Shown here: piece after piece, positions 56,163 through 60,595 of the stretch
How positions within the stretch are numbered: the stretch's first letter is position 1
Layout: the number at the start of each line of letters is the position of its first letter
Position numbers and translations under genes: made by a program
From: a virus
Lineage: Duplodnaviria > Caudoviricetes
DNA: 60,595 bases
Virus record (IMG/VR): IMGVR_UViG_3300042879_004465
Span: 1 to 60,595 of that record
Direction: 5' to 3' (one strand)
Notes under the pieces: generated by a model
The model's database searches: none
Told to the model about the DNA's origin: nothing
The model's input: the letters and a program-made list of their open reading frames with translations, nothing else

Positions 56163-56811
56163 AATCAAACTGTCGCGCAACACTCTTTCGGTTTTCAAGA
56201 ACTTTGCTTCGATCAATTCTAATTTGTTGATCAAGCCCGGAAACATGATCAAGACAATTGCTCCGAGTCAATGTCTCTTGGCAGAAGCCAAGGTAGAGGA
56301 GGATTTTCCCGTGGAGGTGGCCATCTGGGATCTTGGTCAGTTCCTCGGAGTGGTAAGTCTTTTCGATGAGCCTGAGTTTGAGTTCAATGATTCGTATGTT
56401 TCGATTCAATCGAACAACTCCTCTGTGAAGTACTTCTACGCATCGGCATCTTTGCTCACTGTTCCGAAGAAGAATCTGTCGGTCCCTAAGTTCACCCAAG
56501 AGTTTGAATTGACCCACAGTACTTTCTCCGAGCTCACCAAGGCAGCATCGGTTCTTCAGGTTTCGGACGTTGAGATCAAGGGAGAGAATGGAGTCATTTC
56601 CATGACAGTCTCCAAGAAGAATGATCCAAGTTCAAACTCTTACTCAGTTGAAGTGGGAGAGTGCAACGATGACTTCTCTTATGGTCTTGACATGGGGAAC
56701 CTAAAGCTTCTTCACGGAGACTATACGGTGTCTTTGTCCGACAGCATCGTTAGCAAGTTTTCTCACTCAAGCATTGGCCTGAACTACTACATCGCAGTAG
56801 AAAAGAACTGA
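56146..56811 (+). CDS. gp45: Sliding clamp gp45
   Basis: KLSRNTLSVFKNFASINSNL, IWDLGQFL, NLKLLHGDY, YYIAVE. Confidence 0.95.
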   Translation: MMTKTKIKLSRNTLSVFKNFASINSNLLIKPGNMIKTIAPSQCLLAEAKVEEDFPVEVAIWDLGQFLGVVSLFDEPEFEFNDSYVSIQSNNSSVKYFYASASLLTVPKKNLSVPKFTQEFELTHSTFSELTKAASVLQVSDVEIKGENGVISMTVSKKNDPSSNSYSVEVGECNDDFSYGLDMGNLKLLHGDYTVSLSDSIVSKFSHSSIGLNYYIAVEKN

Positions 56812-56818
56812 GGAATAA

Positions 56819-57769
56819 ATGATCTCAACAGAGATTACCGACTTGATTTGGGTCGAGAAGTACAGACCCAAGTCCATTTCCGATTGCATTCTTACCAAGG
56901 AATTGCAGGGCATTTTTTCCGGCATTGCCAAGAGCGGAAAGATGATCAATCTAATGCTTTCCGGCAAACCCGGAACGGGAAAGACCACGATTGCAAGAGC
57001 TCTTTGCCAAGACTTGGGGCTGGATCACATTGTCATCAACTGCTCCGAACAGAATGGCATTGATACTCTTCGGACCACAATCAGGTCTTTCGCTTCGACC
57101 AAATCTTTGCATGGAGGCAAGAAGGTAATCATTCTAGACGAGTTTGATTACGCAAATCCCCAGTCCATGCAGCCTGCGCTCAGAGGGGCAATTGAGGAGT
57201 TTGCTCCCAATTGTAACTTTGTTCTGACTTGCAACTACAAGAGCAGAATTATCGATCCTCTGCACAGCAGATGCACGGTTATTGACTTCAATTTTCCTCC
57301 CGAGGAGCGTTCCGATATTGCCAAGAAGATGATGGCAAGATGCGAAACTATTCTCAAGCAGGAAAAAATTCAGTACCAGACTGAAGTAATTGCCAACTTG
57401 ATTGTCAAGTACTTCCCCGACTTTCGCAGGGTCATAAATGAGTTGCAGAAGTACTCGGCTGCAGGAAAGATTGATATCGGAATTCTGGCCAACAAGCAGG
57501 ATGAAAATGTCAAGGAATTGGTAGAACACATGCGGAAGAAGGACTTTGCCTCATGCCGCAAGTGGATAGCTACAAGCCCCGAGACTGGGTCTCCAGACTT
57601 CTTTAGAAAGCTCTACGATGCCTTATACCAAGCTCTAAAGAAGCCATCGGTCCCGGGCATGGTTCTAATCGTTGCTGAGTACCAGTACAAGGCTGCTTTT
57701 GTGGCAGACCAAGAAATCAACAACATGGCAATGGTTTGCCAATTGATGATGGATTGTGAGTTCGAATAA
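56819..57769 (+). CDS. gp44: Clamp loader large subunit gp44
   Basis: WVEKYRP, GKPGTGKTT, ILDEFD, PLHSRC, YFPDFRR, ADQEIN. Confidence 0.96.
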   Translation: MISTEITDLIWVEKYRPKSISDCILTKELQGIFSGIAKSGKMINLMLSGKPGTGKTTIARALCQDLGLDHIVINCSEQNGIDTLRTTIRSFASTKSLHGGKKVIILDEFDYANPQSMQPALRGAIEEFAPNCNFVLTCNYKSRIIDPLHSRCTVIDFNFPPEERSDIAKKMMARCETILKQEKIQYQTEVIANLIVKYFPDFRRVINELQKYSAAGKIDIGILANKQDENVKELVEHMRKKDFASCRKWIATSPETGSPDFFRKLYDALYQALKKPSVPGMVLIVAEYQYKAAFVADQEINNMAMVCQLMMDCEFE

Positions 57770-58149
57770 TGCAATTAAAAGATTTTTTAAACACAATAAA
57801 CAATTCCAAGGAAAATGTCATTGATTCCGATCAAAAGGTGGAAAAATTGTATCCGCCTTTTGTCGTAAATAGGTGCTTTTCTTACTTTCCTGACACAATT
57901 TTTATCGTTAATCAGATCAATTGCCTTGGGAATGCAGACAAAAAACTGCAGTATGACTATCTTCTTTACTCTATCCGACCTAGGAAAAGGTTTGCCCCTT
58001 GGCAGAAAAAGATAGACGACCAAGATGTAGATCTCGTAAAGCAGGCTTATGGCGTTTCCGAGAAGAAAGCCTTGGAAATGATGGATCTTTTGGACTCGGA
58101 AAAACTTGAAAAAATACGGAATTCTCAATTTACTGGTGGACATAAATAA
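57769..58149 (+). CDS. gp62: Clamp loader small subunit gp62
   Basis: YPPFVVNRCFSYFPDT, QYDYLLYSIRPRKRFAPW, C-terminal GG. Confidence 0.93.
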   Translation: MQLKDFLNTINNSKENVIDSDQKVEKLYPPFVVNRCFSYFPDTIFIVNQINCLGNADKKLQYDYLLYSIRPRKRFAPWQKKIDDQDVDLVKQAYGVSEKKALEMMDLLDSEKLEKIRNSQFTGGHK

Positions 58150-58170
58150 TAGTGTTCGCCAGGAGTTGAA

Positions 58171-58596
58171 ATGTCACATTCAAATGAAGATTTATTCAAA
58201 GGCGTGGGAGTTCCCATTCGCCTCACCAAAAAAGAGAATTATCTGGTAATAAAGGAAACTCTGGAAAGAATCGGAGTTAGCCCCAAAAACAAGAAGGTTC
58301 TATATCAATCTTGCCATATACTGCACAAGAATGATCATTACATAATTGCGCACTTCAAGGAGCTTTTTAAACTCGACAATCTTAAGTCAGATGTGTCAGA
58401 AGAAGATTTGCTCAGAAGAAATGCAATTGTAAATTTGCTTCAGGACTGGGATTTGATTGAAGTTCTGAGTCCGGAAAAGATCAAAAACAAGATGCCGATA
58501 AATGGCATTAAAATTTTAAGATACGAAGAAAGAGATGACTGGGACCTGATCCCAAAATTTAATACAGGAACATTGAGAAAATTCTTCTCGGAGTGA
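58171..58596 (+). CDS. regA: Translational repressor RegA
   Basis: KETLERIGV, LYQSCHILHK, HFKELFKLD, RRNAIVNLLQDW, WDLIPKF. Confidence 0.95.
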   Translation: MSHSNEDLFKGVGVPIRLTKKENYLVIKETLERIGVSPKNKKVLYQSCHILHKNDHYIIAHFKELFKLDNLKSDVSEEDLLRRNAIVNLLQDWDLIEVLSPEKIKNKMPINGIKILRYEERDDWDLIPKFNTGTLRKFFSE

Positions 58597-58599
58597 ATA

Positions 58600-59907
58600 A
58601 TGAACAATATTACTTTATGCATGATCGTAAAAAATGAATCGCACATCATTAAGGATTGCATTCAGTCCGTATCGAAATACATTGATAATTATGTAATTTG
58701 CGATACGGGATCTACCGACAACACAAAGCAAATTATCAAGGAATATTTTGATTCTGTCAATATTCCCGGAGAGATCCACGACCACGAATGGGAAAACTTC
58801 GGGGCGAATAGAACAAAGGCCCTTGACATGTGCAGAGGCAAGAGCAAGTGGATCATCATGATCGATGCCGACGATTACATCGAAGGCGACATGCCAACTG
58901 ATTTCAACGATGAAATCGACGGATACACAGTAAATATTCGTAGAGGAAATTTTGAATGGAAGAGAGCACAGATCTTCAATCTTGCTCGCAAAAATTGGCA
59001 CTATGTAGAGCCTATTCACGAATATCCATTCTGCGAGCAGCCAATGAATGTCCAACACTTGCAAGGGAATTACGCCTTCCAAGTCAGAACTGCTGGATAT
59101 AGAACGATTTCATGTGCTACGCAGCAAGAGAAGTATTGGAAAGACTATGAGTTGCTCAAAAAGGCAATGGAAACAGATCCTACTTCACAGAGAAAGCAAT
59201 TCTATTTGGCACAATCGGCGTTCGATTCTCACAGATGGGACATTGCGGAACAGGAATACCAAAAGAGAGTTGAAATGGGAGGCTGGAATGAAGAAATGTT
59301 CTTCGCGCAACTTCGCGTTGGAATCTGCAGAGAAATGCAGCAAAAGCCAGTCGAACAGATCGCAGACGCATTCCTCAAGTCATGGGAAATGCGGCCTATC
59401 AGGGCGGAGCCTCTTTATCATCTTTCTTGCATTTATAGAAAGTATGGCCGTCCTGCTGCAGCATTTATAGTAGCCTTCCAAGCTTTGTCTCTTCCAAAGC
59501 CAGAGGGAGACATTCTATTCGTTGACAACGACCCGTATAAATGGGGCATCTTGGATGAGATCGTCTCCACTGCACATGCAGTAGGAAAGTTTCATCTGGG
59601 GTTACAAGCAGCCGATAGATTATTGAATGAAAATTTGCTACCACCCGAGCAGATTGAAAGAGTCCAGAAGAATAGACAATCTTATTACAATAAGGTAATG
59701 GAAATTCAAATGGCTATGGCGGAGCAAAACAAAAAACAAGCAGAAGCACAAGCAAAGCTCCACATTCCCCCTGTTCCAGCAACCACATTGAATGTTCCAT
59801 CGGTCATTCCTAACGTTTTTGCCCCAAAAGCAGTATACGGGCAAGAATCGAGATCTCCGGTAGCAGTTCAAACCAAAAAATTAAGCAAAAAGAAGAGAAG
59901 AAAATAA
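58600..59907 (+). CDS. GT2 glycosyltransferase with C-terminal TPR repeats
   Basis: LCMIVKNE, DTGSTDNT, IDADD, IHEY; helical TPR-like FYLAQS...RAEPLYHL. Confidence 0.88.
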   Translation: MNNITLCMIVKNESHIIKDCIQSVSKYIDNYVICDTGSTDNTKQIIKEYFDSVNIPGEIHDHEWENFGANRTKALDMCRGKSKWIIMIDADDYIEGDMPTDFNDEIDGYTVNIRRGNFEWKRAQIFNLARKNWHYVEPIHEYPFCEQPMNVQHLQGNYAFQVRTAGYRTISCATQQEKYWKDYELLKKAMETDPTSQRKQFYLAQSAFDSHRWDIAEQEYQKRVEMGGWNEEMFFAQLRVGICREMQQKPVEQIADAFLKSWEMRPIRAEPLYHLSCIYRKYGRPAAAFIVAFQALSLPKPEGDILFVDNDPYKWGILDEIVSTAHAVGKFHLGLQAADRLLNENLLPPEQIERVQKNRQSYYNKVMEIQMAMAEQNKKQAEAQAKLHIPPVPATTLNVPSVIPNVFAPKAVYGQESRSPVAVQTKKLSKKKRRK

Positions 59908-59923
59908 CATCATCTAGTATGGG

Positions 59924-59930
59924 CTAAATA
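59924..59930 (+). promoter_or_regulatory. Late promoter CTAAATA
   Basis: 22 nt before the ATG at 59953. Confidence 0.6.
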
Positions 59931-59952
59931 TTATACTTGCAAGTTTAGCCAT

Positions 59953-60595
59953 ATGCCAGATAATTCCAGCTCACTTAAACTTATAAAATCACATCCCGAT
60001 CTTTTATTGGGGTGTGATTATTTTATAGTTGAGTCGGCAAAAAATCCAAAAATTATAAAAATTGGATCTGGCATCAGTCAACTTTTCATCAAGAATAGTG
60101 ATGGAGAAGAATATTTACTTCAAGGCAATTTTTCAAAAATTGCAGAAATGTTCTCCATCAATGATTTGTACAATCATGCCAAAGGAAAAATTTACAAGAT
60201 AAAAGAGCCGTTTGGCAATTTATTTCAAAATGCCTTGATCAAAGAAGTTGCTCCTACTACTTTTTCAGAACAATATGAAGTAGGAAGAGGAGTAAGCGAA
60301 CACTATTTTGTACAAAAATCTGATAACAAAGTAATAAAATTTTATGGAAATTCGAACCAAATTAAAAATTTGTTCGAAGAGGTTATTCCTTTTGTCGATC
60401 CAGCAAAAGAACCTCAAAAATTGCAAATTGTAGAAAAAGTAATAGTAAAAGAATCTACTCCTATTATAGGACCGCTTGGCCCACAAGGAGAAAAAGGAGA
60501 AAAAGGAGATGAAGGACCACAAGGTATTCAAGGACCTAAAGGAGATCCCGGTGAAGTTGGTCCGATGGGCCCTAGCGGTGATAAAGGAGATATTG
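59953..60595 (+). CDS. Collagen-like (Gly-X-Y) protein, 3'-truncated; absent from the ORF track
   Basis: Open frame MPDNSSSLKLIK... to the window end; from about 60469 reads GPLGPQGEKGEKGDEGPQGIQGPKGDPGEVGPMGPSGDKGD. Confidence 0.85.
   Translation, partial: MPDNSSSLKLIKSHPDLLLGCDYFIVESAKNPKIIKIGSGISQLFIKNSDGEEYLLQGNFSKIAEMFSINDLYNHAKGKIYKIKEPFGNLFQNALIKEVAPTTFSEQYEVGRGVSEHYFVQKSDNKVIKFYGNSNQIKNLFEEVIPFVDPAKEPQKLQIVEKVIVKESTPIIGPLGPQGEKGEKGDEGPQGIQGPKGDPGEVGPMGPSGDKGDI

Noticed and set aside
3-59907. No called gene ends in TAG, raising possible stop-codon reassignment
   Set aside because: Core genes are intact in code 11 with no in-frame TAG interruptions, and TAG is generally rare in AT-rich T4-like phages.
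178-60531. Many 60-170 aa antisense or alternate-frame ORFs in the ORF track (e.g. 9599..10018, 21595..22110, 36381..36860, 60265..60531)
   Set aside because: They lie within well-supported genes, have no motifs or expression signals, and are expected shadow ORFs.
1-60595. tRNA, rRNA, introns, integrase
   Set aside because: Intergenic gaps are too short, no cloverleaf or interrupted core gene was seen, and no recombinase motifs were found by eye.

Overview
This 60.6 kb window is the core of a divergent T4-like myophage genome, read in standard code 11 with no tRNA, CRISPR or mobile element seen. From left to right it holds: a 5'-truncated giant Cys-rich RCC1-repeat protein and small accessory genes; gp33 and gp32; a reverse-strand hub block (gp4, gp54, gp26, gp51, short gp29-position ORF); a compact baseplate (gp48, gp53, split gp27-like hub, gp25, short gp6 and gp7); neck genes (gp13, gp14, gp15 fused to FN3 repeats, then an in-frame trypsin-like ORF that completes the last FN3 domain); terminase (gp16/17); two divergent tail-sheath paralogs and two tail-tube paralogs; head genes (gp20, core proteins, gp21, gp22, gp23); an inverted uvsY-uvsW-Sm-like-gp3 block; a 12.2 kb, 16-gene glycan-biosynthesis island; gp55, gp47, gp46, gp45, gp44, gp62, regA; a GT2-TPR protein; and a 3'-truncated collagen-like gene. 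The best candidates for new biology are: (1) a virion-glycosylation system (island, GT2-TPR and a recurring G-x-T/S motif in structural proteins); (2) a split FN3 domain enclosing a protease-like domain at the neck; (3) a lambda G/GT-like -1 frameshift joining gp26 and gp51; (4) a remodelled two-sheath, two-tube tail. All family calls come from recognising motifs and synteny by eye; no searches were run.
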